Made by a program: the position numbers and the translations under genes | The notes under the pieces: model-generated | The model's input: only the letters and a program-made list of their open reading frames with translations | Database searches by the model: none | What the model was told of the DNA's origin: nothing | Shown: positions 49,940-62,514 of the stretch, in pieces | Numbering within the stretch: the stretch's first letter is position 1 | Layout: every line of letters begins with the position of its first letter | Origin: Mobula hypostoma | Lineage: Eukaryota | Direction of reading: 5' to 3' | Assembly (NCBI RefSeq): GCF_963921235.1 | Contig: NC_086101.1 | Location: forward strand, 166,346,001-166,410,000 | DNA: 64,000 nt

Positions 49940-51360
49940 GTCACAAATGTAGTTCCACTGTTTAAGAAAGGAAGGAGGCAGCAAAAAGAAAATTACAGAT
50001 CTATTAGTCTGACATTGGTAGTTGGAAAGTTATTGGAGTCGATCTTCAAGGACGAGGTTATGAAATACCTCGAGGTGCATGACAAACCAGCATGGTTTCA
50101 TGAAAGGAAGATCCTGTCTCACCAACCTATTGGAATTTTTTGAGGTAATCTCAAATAAGATTGATAGGGGAGAGGCTGAGGATGTTGTGTATTTGGATTT
50201 TCAAAAGGCATTCGATAAGGTGCCGCATAAGAGGCTGCTTAATAAGATGAGAGCCCATGGAATTACAGGAAAGATATTGGAATGGGTGGAGCATTGGCTG
50301 ATAGGCAGAAAGCAAAGGGTGGGAATAAAGGGATCCTATTCTGATTGGTTGCTGGTTACTAGTGGTGTTCCGCAAGGATCGGTGTTGGGGCTGCTTCTTT
50401 TTACAATGTACATCGATGATTTAGATTATGGATTAAATGGTTTTGTGGCTAAGTTTGCGGATGACAACAAGATAGGTGGAGGAGCAGGAAGTGTTGAAGA
50501 AACGGAAAAGTTGCAGAGAGACTTGGTCAGTTTAGGAGAGTGGGCAAAGAAATGGCAGATGATGTACAATGTTGCAAAATGTACGGTTGGACATTTTGGA
50601 AGAAGAAATAATCAGGCAGATTATTATTTAGATGGGGAGAAAATTCAAAAATCAGAAGTGCAAAGGGATTTGGGGGTCCTCGTGCAGGATACCCTAAAGG
50701 TTAACCACCAGGTTGGATCGGCAGTAAGGAAATCGAATGCTATGTTGGCATTCATTTCAAGAGGAATAGTGTATAAGATTAAGGAGGTGTTGATGAGGCT
50801 CTATGGGACACTGGTGAGACCTCATTTGGAATACTGTGTGCAGTTTTGGGCCCCCTATCTTAGAAGGGATGTTCTAATGTTGGAGAGAGTCAAGAGAAGA
50901 TTTACGAGGATGATTCCTGGAATGCAGGAGCTAACATATGAGGAGCGTTTGTCGGCTCTTGGAGTGTATTCATTAGAGCATAGAAGAATGACAGGGGATC
51001 TCATAGAAACATTTCGAATGTTGAAAGGGTTGGACAGAGTAGATGTGGAAAGGCTGTTTCCCTTGGTGGGTGAGTCCGGACAAGAGGCCACAGAGGATAC
51101 CCATTTAAAACAGAGATGAGGAGAAATTTTTTAGCCAGAGGGTCATGGATTTATGGAATTCGTTGCCACATACGGCTGTGGAGGACCGATCATTGAGGGT
51201 GTTTAAGGAGGAAATTGATAGGTATCTAATTAGTCAGGGTATCAAGGGACATGGGGAAAAACCCAGAAATTGGAACTAGATGGGAGAATAGTTTAGCTTG
51301 TGGGGTGGTGGAGCAGACTTGATGGGCCAAATGGCCTACTTCTGCTCCCTTGTCTTGTGA
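49940..51360 (+). mobile_element. CR1 LINE 3' fragment with RT
   Basis: ORF 50079..51119: QHGFMKGRSCLTNL, YLDFQKAFD, FADD. Confidence 0.93.
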
Positions 51361-51530
51361 AAAATGGATCAGAGTCTCATTATGTCTTTCAAGAAGAAAG
51401 CGTATAAAGTGTTTAAGTACTTTTCAGAAAACAAAGATTTAAAATTAGAATAGGCATATTTCAGAGCACGAAGTGTAAATAAGTTTTTATGCATTGTGTT
51501 TTTAAAGAAAATATTTTTTGTATTGTACAG

Positions 51531-51607
51531 GTCCAGTATTGAAAAGAGCCACAAAAAATCAGAAAAACCAGTCAGCCCAAATCTTGCAATGCTTAGAATG
51601 ACTCCAG
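51531..51607 (+). CDS. Unrecognised gene, coding exon (SSIEKSHKKSEKPVSPNLAMLRMTP)
   Basis: ttttttgtattgtacag acceptor, CAG|GTGAGT donor; only the phase-2 frame is open, matching the previous exon. Confidence 0.8.
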
Positions 51608-52249
51608 GTGAGTTGGTAGTTTGACAAAAAAAGCTATTTTTAAATTGAATGCCATTAAAGTGGAAAGCTTGAATCCTCTGGCCTCAACCTCAAATGCTCA
51701 TTCTGACCTTCCATGGGTCCAGCATTTGGTGCCTGATTACTTACAGGTTTGGCCTGCTTGAAGTTTACAGCTTAGGAGGTTTGGAAAATGGCATTTTGAG
51801 TATTGCTTTAATAAAGACACTAGAAGAGATAACAGATTATTGCAAAAAGCCATCTGGCTTACTGTTATACACGAGAAAAGGAAACCTATCCTCACCCTGA
51901 ATAGTCTTTGTGCAATTCTGGACCTAACCCTATATTTGATTCTCAAATGGGCTCTGAAATGGCAGAGCAAGCTGCCTAGTTGTACTATTTGCTGTTAATC
52001 TCAAACAATAAAACTGGGCAGACTACCTGGCATGACTTGGGTACAATTTTGGGAGTGGCAAAGTTGTACCCACTTTGGTTGGATCTGCAAAGCTCTTCTC
52101 GCAAATATCTGGGAACAGGTAACAAAACTGGGAGAGCTGTCCCACAAGTTGGTCAGATGATACCATAACATAGCCTCCAGGTTACGATTCTGTGAATAGG
52201 AATATTTCAATTCCTGGGTAAATCCTGCCTCTCTGCCAGGAAGATCCAC

Positions 52250-53650
52250 CAGAGATTACAGCATAGCAGTATTCCAAAGGAATGAGACGTATTATGGCTT
52301 CAGATCAAATATGGACAAGGAAACTTCTTCCTGGTAACCACCTTCCACCCTCCCTGAGCCAATGATTCCATGTTCCTGCATGTTGAATGACAGTTGAAAC
52401 AAGCACTTAAAGTAGCAAAGATACAACATGTATTCCGGATGCAGGACTTCAATGTACATCTCAAAGAGTGACTTTGGAAGGCTGCCAGACTTTGCCTTCA
52501 ACAATTATTGAATATACCCACTTGACCTTGACACTGCTTGTTCCCGCCCACCCAACACCATCTGTCTGGATTGCCACTCCACACTGAGTAGTGAAGTACA
52601 TTGCCGATTTTTGTACCAGTCAATTGCACCTCAACCCTGTCAATAACGTCTCTATATATAATGCTATAACGACTGTTTTTAGCGCTGATTCGTTTAGTGC
52701 TCGAATTCCAGGTCTAACTCCAAGTGTTAAGCATGTTACCAGTGTAATACCAAGATTAGTCTTCAAAACATTTCAATCATTGACAGGTGGGCCCAGCATT
52801 TGAGTGCTCAAGAAACATCTGTAATTTTGTTCAGTGACAAAAGCCAAATAGGTGATCCATTTGGCTTCCTTTGATTTCACCAACTCAGAAACCAGTCTCC
52901 AACCAATTTAATGCACCCTATAAAATAGCACATTACCTGAGAGCTGGACATCACAGACTGAGGTACCAAACAACATCCCAAGACCTAAGTTATACAGCTA
53001 ATGCACCTCTCATCAAGCTATTCCAATTTCAATACTGGCACAGACCTGACAATATAGAAAATTGACCACATTTGACCTGTTTTCACTCAGGACAAATCCA
53101 GTCCTGCTAATTACAACCCAATCATCAATTATTCATTGATAAAGTGATTGAAAGTGTCATTGATGGTACTATCAAGCAGCATTTACTTGCCAGTAAATTG
53201 CTCTCTGATGCTCTAGTTTGGTTTTGCTAAATATACGTAGCCCCTGACCTGACCACATCCTTGCTTCATACTTTTAATCTGACCTAAATTTCAGAGGTGA
53301 GGTGAAAGTGACTGCCCTTGACATACAGTATCAAAGAGTCCTGCTAAAATTGTAATCAACGGGCATCAAGGGGAAAGCACTCCAGTATTGAGAGTCATAT
53401 CTTGCACAAAGCAAAATAACCCCAGGACATCACCGTAGGAATTTCGCTGGACACTGTATTAGGCCCAATGATCTTCAGCCACTTCACCTTCCTTCCAAGA
53501 TCTAGTCAGAATTCAGGATGTTTGCTGATGACTGCTTAATATTCAATCCATTGCAAACTCTTCAGCATCTGAAGCAATCCATGTCTGAATGTAACAAATT
53601 ATGACAGCATTCAGACATGAACGGATAAGCAGTAAGTTACTTTCTGCCAC
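52250..53650 (+). mobile_element. Highly degenerate LINE (RT remnant)
   Basis: NYNPI, VTALDI, VLGPMIF and MFADDC remnants in RT order. Confidence 0.55.
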
Positions 53651-53754
53651 TTCCCTGAATGAGCATAGCTTCATCCTGACAATAGCCAGGATAAAGTGGT
53701 GTGTGTGATTGATGGCCTGTTAATGGATATGAGGTGTTGCTCCATATTCTGTCT

Positions 53755-54160
53755 GATGCATGAACTTTGATTTCTCTAACTTCCAGTAATTTCTCCCACC
53801 TCTCTCCTCTCTTTTTTTATTTCTCATTCTAGTTACCTTCTCACCCCTTCTCTTTTCACCTGCCCATCACCTTCCTCTGGTTCCCCTTCTTCCATGGTCC
53901 ACTGTCCCCTCCTATTAGATTCTTTCTTCTTCTGCCCTTTACCTCTTCCACAATAGCTTCTTACCTCATCCCCTGCCCCCACACCCACCCACCTTCCACT
54001 TTACCTGGTCTCACCTTCTAGTTCCCCCTCCCCATCACCTTTTTTGTTTTAGCTTTCCAGTACTAATGAAGGGTCTCAGTCCAAAATATTGGCTATTTAT
54101 TTTCCCTCCATAGGTACTGCCTGACTTGCTGAGTTCCTCCAGCATTTTTTGGGTTGCTTG
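53755..54160 (+). mobile_element. Old Penelope-derived element
   Basis: Pyrimidine tract plus diverged family tail. Confidence 0.7.
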
Positions 54161-54580
54161 AAATGTTTATCATGATTGATAAAACAAATATAATGGCATA
54201 AAACATCAGACATGCTCTATAAACTTCTCAAAAGTGATGTCTACTCATCTTTATTTGCACCTTAAATTGAAAAGCATCGGTTACTGTAAATTGGAAATTG
54301 GGACATCTGCCAATGTGCAAACCAATCACAGGCAGAACTCAACTGTTCATCTGCAGGAACGATAGCTAGCTTGAGTTCCAGTTGAGTTTTTGATGCTTAT
54401 TCATTTAACAAGTAGTAAATCTTTGATTTAATTGTTTATCTAATTTTGCTTTCCTTTTGCATTGCTTTTCCTGCAATTAATATTGTTAAACTATCAAATT
54501 ATCAAAAGCATGAGTAAGTGTTTCCACAACTGCAACCTGAAGTAAAGTTGAAGGCTTCTTAATTTTATTTAATGAACCAG

Positions 54581-54663
54581 GTCTTCAACAGAAACAAAAG
54601 CTCTTGCAGGAAAAGCATCTAAAGGCAAAATCGTCAGTGGACAAGATTCCTATAGGTGGTGGA
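54581..54663 (+). CDS. Unrecognised gene, coding exon (LQQKQKLLQEKHLKAKSSVDKIPIGGG)
   Basis: aaccag acceptor, GTAAGT donor, 83 nt, phase 1 to 0, open in the required frame. Confidence 0.75.
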
Positions 54664-56617
54664 GTAAGTATTTACTTCGTAATAAACACTGAATCCTATT
54701 TGCAAATGCCATCTGAATGTAATGGCAGCTTCCAAATGGAGATCTTTGAATGACATATACTCATAGTAGTTTGGAAAATAAGTAAGCCCTTCAAACCGGC
54801 ATTGTCGTTTAATATAATGACCAATTTGATTCTAACCTCGGCTTTGTATTTCCATCTACTTGTAGATCTGAAGTGTCCTATTACTGAATAAAATAAATAT
54901 GTATTTGTATTCACAGTATAAAAGGGATCCAAACCTTTAAATATAAATTTCAGATGTATGAATAAACAAGTCGATTGTTTATTTGCCTTTTGGATACTTG
55001 GCTAATTCATGGTCTTGAATTTGCTCTCAGGTATTAACTGTTCACTGATGCAATGTATTATCAGATAGTGCGGTGTAGTCTGCTTTGGACTGCAGAATCA
55101 TGAACTCAAAAAATTACCCATGTGAAAAGCACATTAGTTAGCAATACTTCTATAAATCTGTACATTAAAAAAATAGCAGCCTTTGAACCACGTTGTAACT
55201 ATTGGTCTTTTGTTTTGCTAGTTAATATTTTTCTCATTATTCACTTTGATTTGACCATTAAGCTGTTTGTAGACTAGCAGCTTCCAGGAGTTATTCCAAA
55301 TCATTTTTTAATGACACTGTGTACAAGTTGCCTTGGTAGTATTTTTTAATGAACCTTTGTTTCTAAAACTACTTGACTATTCAAAATGCATATTCCATTT
55401 TTTTTGAAACCCTTTTACCAAGCTTACTTATCGAAAATGTTAAGTGTACATTCATTTAATGGTCAAGGCTTAAGACAGTGTGGAAAGAGAGACAGATTTA
55501 ACTTTTCATACCTAAGATCCCTTGTCAGTTGTGGAAGGGGACTGGTTAACCTCAGGGGAAGCGAAAGGCCCTCAGATCAACCTGTTATGGCATGGAGAAT
55601 ATGTGGTGGGTTTGAATGTCGATAGTGAATGAGCCAGATGGGACTAGCAAAGTGTTCTTTCCTGTTGGCATTGCCTGTTTCTGACATTTTCACCCTGTTT
55701 TAGTGGGATGGACCTTGGGTGTTTGGGTAACAGAATTTTTTGAATAGAGTGTTGAAGAGTTGAGACATGTCATCACTGTCGATGTGTTGTTGTATCTCCT
55801 GCATCTCTGTCACCATCTATTCTTAGAGTACAGGTTTTTTTTGTTGGAGTTAACAAATTTCACGTCACATGCTGGTGATAATAAACCTGATTCTGATTCT
55901 GACCACCTCCTGTAGATGCCTATAAAACCCTTTTTTAAAAAAAAAACTGGCATAGGATGGAGCCTCCAATCCAAGAACACTATACATGTGTAGTTAATTG
56001 CCTCCTTGATCTCTTGGTCATTCACATCAAATCTGTCCTGGTTCTCAGTAGATAAACAGAATTTGTAGGTGCCAATTATGGTGAACTTCCGGGCAGCCCA
56101 TAAACTGTGGACGCTTTGCATCACCTGGGTGTTGACATATTGTCTGAGGTTTCATATGGGAAGAGCTGGCTTTATGGAGTCCTTGAGTGCTCCAGGATTG
56201 AAGGTATATTAATGTTTCTGTTGGCACTGATGTTTTAGGTCCAGGTTGATGGGGGTAATAAAGCAGATTGTTCAAGTATATTATCTGAACAAGGGGCTGG
56301 AGAGGTATCTGCATCATAAGCATGTATGTATTAACATAACAAAGTCCATTGCTAGGACTCTGGTTGATTCATGATCTTTTTTGTGCATGTTCCTTTAACA
56401 AAAAAGGTTGTTCACTATGATAGGACTGTAGTTGGAACTTAAGTTATTGTTCTGGCAGGAGATAGTTCTGCCTGTGACTGGTCTGCACTTTGGCAGATGT
56501 CCCATTTACCAATTTGCAGCCTAATAAAATGCTGAATTTAATTTGTGAAGCATTGGAGGCCTAAATTGGCATCATGGTGTTGATGTTAGGATGTTATTAG
56601 AAAGTAGAATGAATTTC

Positions 56618-59600
56618 TTTTTTTTTAATTTTATTTTTATTTGGATAAGGAATTCACAATTATCACGTACTTTTTTCACACATATAACCTTTTCCATTTT
56701 TTTATATGTATAAAACTACAATTATTTATACATTCTTAAGTACACATTGAGATGATATAAAAGGAAAATAAACATTTAAATAGATAATTATGTACTGTGG
56801 TAAATCTAACCTATTAGGCTAAGTAATGAAATTAGTTGTTAAGAAAAATGGTAATAATAGTTTCCATACAACCCTTCTGGACCATTTCCACTGGTCCAAA
56901 ATGTTGCATACAAGCCTATATACCAACCATTGTAGGTGTTTATATCCCAATTTGTTCGTGCTTGTTCCTGCCCGCAGACATAATTATCCAATCCCTATGT
57001 ACTTATTTACTTAATTTTTTCTTTTTTTTAATCCCTTTCCCAAATCTTTCCCTTTACTTGTGTTAATTCTCTATTTTCCAAAAAAAAACAAACATTTAGA
57101 CTAGGGGTGCTTACGTTAGCAATATTACTGTGTTGATGAGAAGAGCAATATAAATCATTAGGAGAGTCATCTAAAGTCTGCTCGCATTGGGGTTATATAT
57201 TCAATCCATTTATTCCAGATTTGATAAAATGTTTCTTTTTGAGTTCTCAGGGAGTAAGTCAACTTTTCCATTTTAAATATTTCCAAGATAATTTCGTACC
57301 AATCTTCTAATGTAGGTGGTATTGGATTTAGCCATTTTCTAGTGATTGGTTTCTTACTTGCCGCTAGGAGGGCCTGCAGCAACTTTATATCTTCCTTCTG
57401 TTCAAGGAACAATACATGCCCCAAATAGAGCGTCTCAAAGTTCAGAGGTATCTGGGACCTAAGTACCTTAACTAATGTTCTATGAATACCTTCCCAAAAT
57501 AGACTTAATTTAGGGCAATCCCAGAAAATATGAAAATGATTTGCCTCCTTGGAGCCGCACCTTCTCCAACACATCACATTTGTATCTTTATATTTTTCCT
57601 GATATGGGGTCTTGAAGTATCTTATAATGTTTTTCCAACAATGTTCTCTCCAAGTCAAAGAATTAGTCGAGGACCATTGAAAGCTGCAGATTTTCCCCCA
57701 AGCCTCCTCTGAAAGTACCAACCCCGCTTCTTTCTCCCACTTCTCTTTAATATACAGTGTATTTACATTTTTAGCATGGGAGAGTGCACTATATAGGCGA
57801 GAAACTGATTTACTAGGTATTGAACTGCAAGCCGAATTCAGAATCTTGAAAAATTCTAATTCTACTGTTGATAGGTCTGTATATCTACAACTCTGGTTAA
57901 CATAGTTTCGTATTTGAAGGTACCTAAAAAAGTCATTATGTTCTAGGCCATGTTTGTCCTGCAGGATTTGGAAATTTTGTAATACTCTTTTATCTATAAA
58001 TGAGAGGTAGGTTGTAAGACCTTTCTTTATCCATAGCTCAAATCTTTTATCTCCTCTGTTGGGAAGGAATTCGGTATCATATGCACACCATCTAAAGAGT
58101 TTTAACATGTTATTAATTCCACATGAATTAACCACCTTCTGCCATACTTTTAATGTAAGATTTATCCAAGCATTATTAAACTTTTCCAACTGGGCCATCA
58201 ATCCTTTGTCAGCTATTGAGGCCTGAAGAGGAAAACTGTCAACTAATCCAAATTCTATTTCCTTCCATCTAGCCTTATATTCCCTATTACACCAATATAA
58301 CAGAGGGGTTATCTGTGAGGCATAAAAATAATTTCTCAGGCAAGGAAGAACCATACCTCCTCCTTCCTTCCCTAACTGTAAGGTGTTATATCGAATTCTA
58401 GGTTTCCTTCCTTGCCAAATGAAGCGGGAAATCCATTTGTCCCATTCCCTGAATTGATTATCATCCACCTCCACTGGTAAAGTATGGAAAAGATATAATA
58501 ACCAAGGAAGAATATTCATTTTTATAGTATTTATCCTTGAATTTAAACTTAAAAAGGGGATAAGATTCCATCTATGCATATCTGCTTTTATCTCTGAGAT
58601 TAATGGCCCATAATTTACCTGTGACAGTGTTGAAAGATCCTTCGGCAGGGTTATTCCTAAATATTTTAATGATTTAGCTTCCCACTTAAGATCGTATGTA
58701 TCCTGCAATTTTTTGGATGGTGTATAATTTAGGGACATAACCTGTGTTTTCTTTACATTTATTTTATAACCTGATATTTTCCCAAAGTCATCCAACAGTG
58801 TAAACAATCCTATAAATGATTTTTCTGGTTCACTCAGATAGACCAAAACATCATCTGCGAATAACGCCACTTTCTGTTCAATCCCTGCCACCTTGATACC
58901 TTTTACGATTTCGCTCTGTCTTATTAGTTGGGCAAGTGGTTCAATATATAGCGCAAAAAGGAGAGGAGAAATTGGGCATCCCTGTCTAGTGCCTCTCTCT
59001 AAAATGAAGGAGTCAGAGAGGTCCCCATTTATCTTAATTCGGGCTGTAGGGCTGTCATATAGAGTCTGAATTACTTTAATAAACCTTTCTTGAAAGCCGA
59101 ATCTTCCTAACACTCTGTATAGGAATGCCCAACTAACCGAATCAAAAGCTTTCTCAGCGTCCAATCCTACTACCATTGTCTCTGTCTCGTTCTTATTAAC
59201 CTGTTCTAATATGTGCAGAGTTCTCCTTATGTTGTCCTGTGTTTGTCTTTGTTGAATAAATCCAGTCTGGTCTAAATGGATTAGGCCAGGTAAAAGCTTT
59301 TCCAATCTGCGCGCTAATATAGATGTAAATAGTTTGTAATCTAAATTAAGAACACTAATTGGCCGATAATTGCCACATTCTAGTTTATCTTTACCCTCTT
59401 TAGGAATAACTGAAATAATCGCTTCTCTCCAGGAAGGTGGAGTTTCTCCTCTCTGCAAGATCCAATTAAAGGTGTTAAGTAGTAATGGGGCTAACTGTGT
59501 CTTCAGGGACTTGTACCACTCTGAGGTAAACCCATCAGAACCCGGGGACTTTCCAGCCTTTAACCTAGAGATGGCCACGTTCAGTTCTTTGACAGTTACT

Positions 59601-60414
59601 GGTTCTAATAAACTTTCATTTTGTAAATCTGTAAGTTTAGGTAGATCTAAAAAATTCAATACACTGTCTATATAGGGCTCATTGGGGGCCTGGGGTTGGG
59701 AGTACAGCTCTCGATAATATGTTTCAAAACTCTCTTGAATTTTCCCTATTGTACTCTCCACAAGCTTTGTCTTTGGATTCTTTATTTTATGAATTGTATT
59801 GTCTGCTTGTTGTTTTCGTAATTTATATGCTAATAATCTAGCTGATTTACCTCTTACTTCATAATTCTTTTGTCTCAGGTAAAGAAAATTTCTTTGAGTT
59901 TCCAATGTATAAATATCATCAATTTCACTTTGCAATTTCCTAATTTCCTGTTTTCGATTTGAATTACTTTTGTTGCTATCTACAACTTGAAGTTGTTTTA
60001 ATTTTCCTTGAAGGTCTGCTAATTTTTGTGCATTGATTTTTTTCATGTGAGTAGTAATGGAAATAATTTTCCCTCTCAGTACAGCTTTCAATGTATCCCA
60101 TAAAATCACTGGTGATGTTTCTCCCATGTCATTAAGGTCTAGATATTCTTTGATTTCTCCCCTTAATCTCTCCATTACTTTCGGGTTATTGAGTATATGT
60201 GAGTTTAGCCTCCATAGTGTTTTCCTCATTTTCCTTTCCAGGATTAGAGACATAGAGACTGGGCTATGATCCGACAGATCAATTGTTGCAATATTACAGT
60301 TTTTTATCCTGAGTCTATCTGTATTAAAGATAAAGAAATAGTCTATCCTTGAATAGGCTGAATGAGGGAAAGAGTAATATGTATAATCTTTAGTAGTAGG
60401 GTGTAATTCCCTCC
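56618..60414 (-). mobile_element. Young 5'-truncated L1-clade LINE with uninterrupted ORF2
   Basis: ORF 57167..60253 (open back to the truncation point): end of APE (YSRIDY, SDHSPV), RT (LDAEKAFD, GTRQGCPISP, FADD), CCHC knuckle; poly(A); perfect 19-bp TSD agaaagtagaatgaatttc (56599-56617, 60415-60433). Confidence 0.96.
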
Positions 60415-60626
60415 AGAAAGTAGAATGAATTTCAATCAGTTCTTACCCTGCTGTGCTTTAATCTGAAATGAAGAAATGAAAAAGTATATTCACTCCTAAG
60501 CAGAGATGCTCATCGTGTTGAATACTGACAAAATAGTCAAAAACAATTGAAAAATTGTCATAATAAACTTCATGAAAATTCTTATTCCTATCCATGGCAT
60601 TTAGTAAGTTTTTTTTGTAATTCCAG

Positions 60627-60744
60627 ATTAGTTTATGGCCAGAAATGGACAATATGAGACTTACTAAAGGAGAAGTAATCGGTCTTGCAATAACATCCTT
60701 CCTGCTGAGTACTGCTGTCTTCATCATGTTTGAATACCTGCATG
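60627..60744 (+). CDS. Unrecognised gene, coding exon with predicted transmembrane helix (ISLWPEMDNMRLTKGEVIGLAITSFLLSTAVFIMFEYLH)
   Basis: ttttttttgtaattccag acceptor, G|GTATGT donor, phase 0 to 1; 19-residue hydrophobic stretch. Confidence 0.8.
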
Positions 60745-61184
60745 GTATGTTTAGGGTTTGTTATTTTATATATCCATAGTTTCTCTCATTTTACCTATAT
60801 AGGAGGTTTTGATAAACATCTTCCCTGAAAACTACTATCCCATCTCTTCTCTCAGGGTTGATGGACATGCACATTAGATTCAATGTTTTACGTTCACTTC
60901 AACATCACTTTTTCTCTCCATTTTGTCAGATTAAATTATATTATAAGTACCTATTCAATTTCCAAAACCTCATTATATGTAATTTCTGAAAAGAACTCAA
61001 GGGTTCATAGGCATTTATATAATTTTGTTTATTTGCATTTTCTTTGATCTTATTTTAATCTCTGATCCTCAGAGGATCTAACTTCCCTATAATTCTTTCT
61101 ACTTTCAGCAATCTTGTAAATTACTTTCGATGGAATAAATTGTCGTCATGATGGCAGTGCTAATGAGTGAATTTCTGTTTTCAG

Positions 61185-61321
61185 GCCCATTACTTTTGAA
61201 TTTAAATTTGTATAGTGGGAGAGTGAGAACATTTCACAGGAATCATCCTGTTTCAAGCACCTCTGAACTAGTCCTCAACCAATCACTAGTAAGGTGGCAC
61301 AAAGATTTCTGGAAGTTATTG
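61185..61321 (+). CDS. Unrecognised gene, coding exon (PLLLNLNLYSGRVRTF...RWHKDFWKLL)
   Basis: tttctgttttcag acceptor, TTG|GTGAGT donor, 137 nt, phase 1 to 0; within ORF 61148..61474. Gene continues downstream. Confidence 0.8.
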
Positions 61322-61619
61322 GTGAGTAATGAAAGGAATGGATCTCATCAGAGTCATTTTGGGGGAGTTTTCTCCCAAAGCGCTTCCTTTACCAACAGCT
61401 CTAGCTTCATTTATAAAGTGCAAGTAGACAATTCATTATCTAATGTCATTGATTATGTAAGGCTTCTGTATTAACCAGTAAATGGTATATCCCTCTTGGC
61501 TCTGCATCAGTTATTTTTTATTAAGCTTGATGCCAGGTACATGCTGAGATATTAAACAAAGGGCCTGTACACTCTTTCAAATCAACATAGAAGTTCTAAT
61601 AGAATATTTGTTTTTTTTA

Positions 61620-62500
61620 ATATAGAAAATAGGACCAGAGTAGGCCTTTCAACCCTCAAAGCCTGCTTCACCATTAAATATGATTATGGCAGATTATCCA
61701 AATTCAGTAATTTTCTGTACGTCCTTTCATCCTCTAGTCCTAAGAACAATATTTAACTCCTTGATTATATTTAATTATTTGGCTTTAACTGCTTTTTGTT
61801 ATTCCAATTCTATTATTCTAATTCTGTTATTCTAGAATTCTAATAGATCAACAGTCTCTGCAGAGAGTACATTTCTCCTCTTCTCAATCTTAGATGGCTT
61901 ACCCTTATCAATAGACTACAGGATGTGCCTATCACTGGCAAGACCGGCATTTATGGACCATTCCTAACTGCTCTTGTAAAGTCAATATCTTAAGTGTTGC
62001 TGTACAACTTTTTGAACTATAGGCAGCTGGCAAAATTATATATTTTACAGAATGCTAGGGATCAAACAAGGGCAGTGCACTATTTAAAATTGAATAAGAT
62101 TCAAGTAGCTTTTTTTCTTTTTCAGTTGTCAGTAAATGATTATTACATCCAGTCAATCAGGCAGAGTCTGATTACAGTATCTGTGTTCTCCTTTGAAGAC
62201 AAAACCAGTATTTGTCTAACTGGTCTGGTCATTTTTGTTCTCCATTATATATTCTCCTGTCCCTTACTGTAAGGGGTCTACATTTGAATAGATTTTTTCT
62301 CTTTACAACTGGGTCTATAGCACTTTTTAAATTAGTTTTATGTTCTCTGCAGGCTTGCTTTCATACTCTGCTTTCACCTTCTTAATCAACTACTTTGAGT
62401 TTTTTGAGTACTTTGGCATTTTTGGGCCAATTTGTATATTTCCTACTTGGATTTAATAATATTCTTTCTTTCACCTATTACCCACAGTTGAACCACATTC
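61620..62500 (-). mobile_element. Degenerate CR1 fragments
   Basis: CR1 tail-like start; similarity to 3190-3470 and 4860-5210. Confidence 0.55.
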
Positions 62501-62514
62501 CTGTTGTTATCTTC

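Noticed and set aside
62126-62272. Possible next exon of the unknown gene (LSVNDYYIQSIRQSLIT...) after a strong acceptor, in the right phase
   Set aside because: The downstream part resembles an antisense CR1 remnant and no good donor is visible; left uncalled pending RNA evidence.
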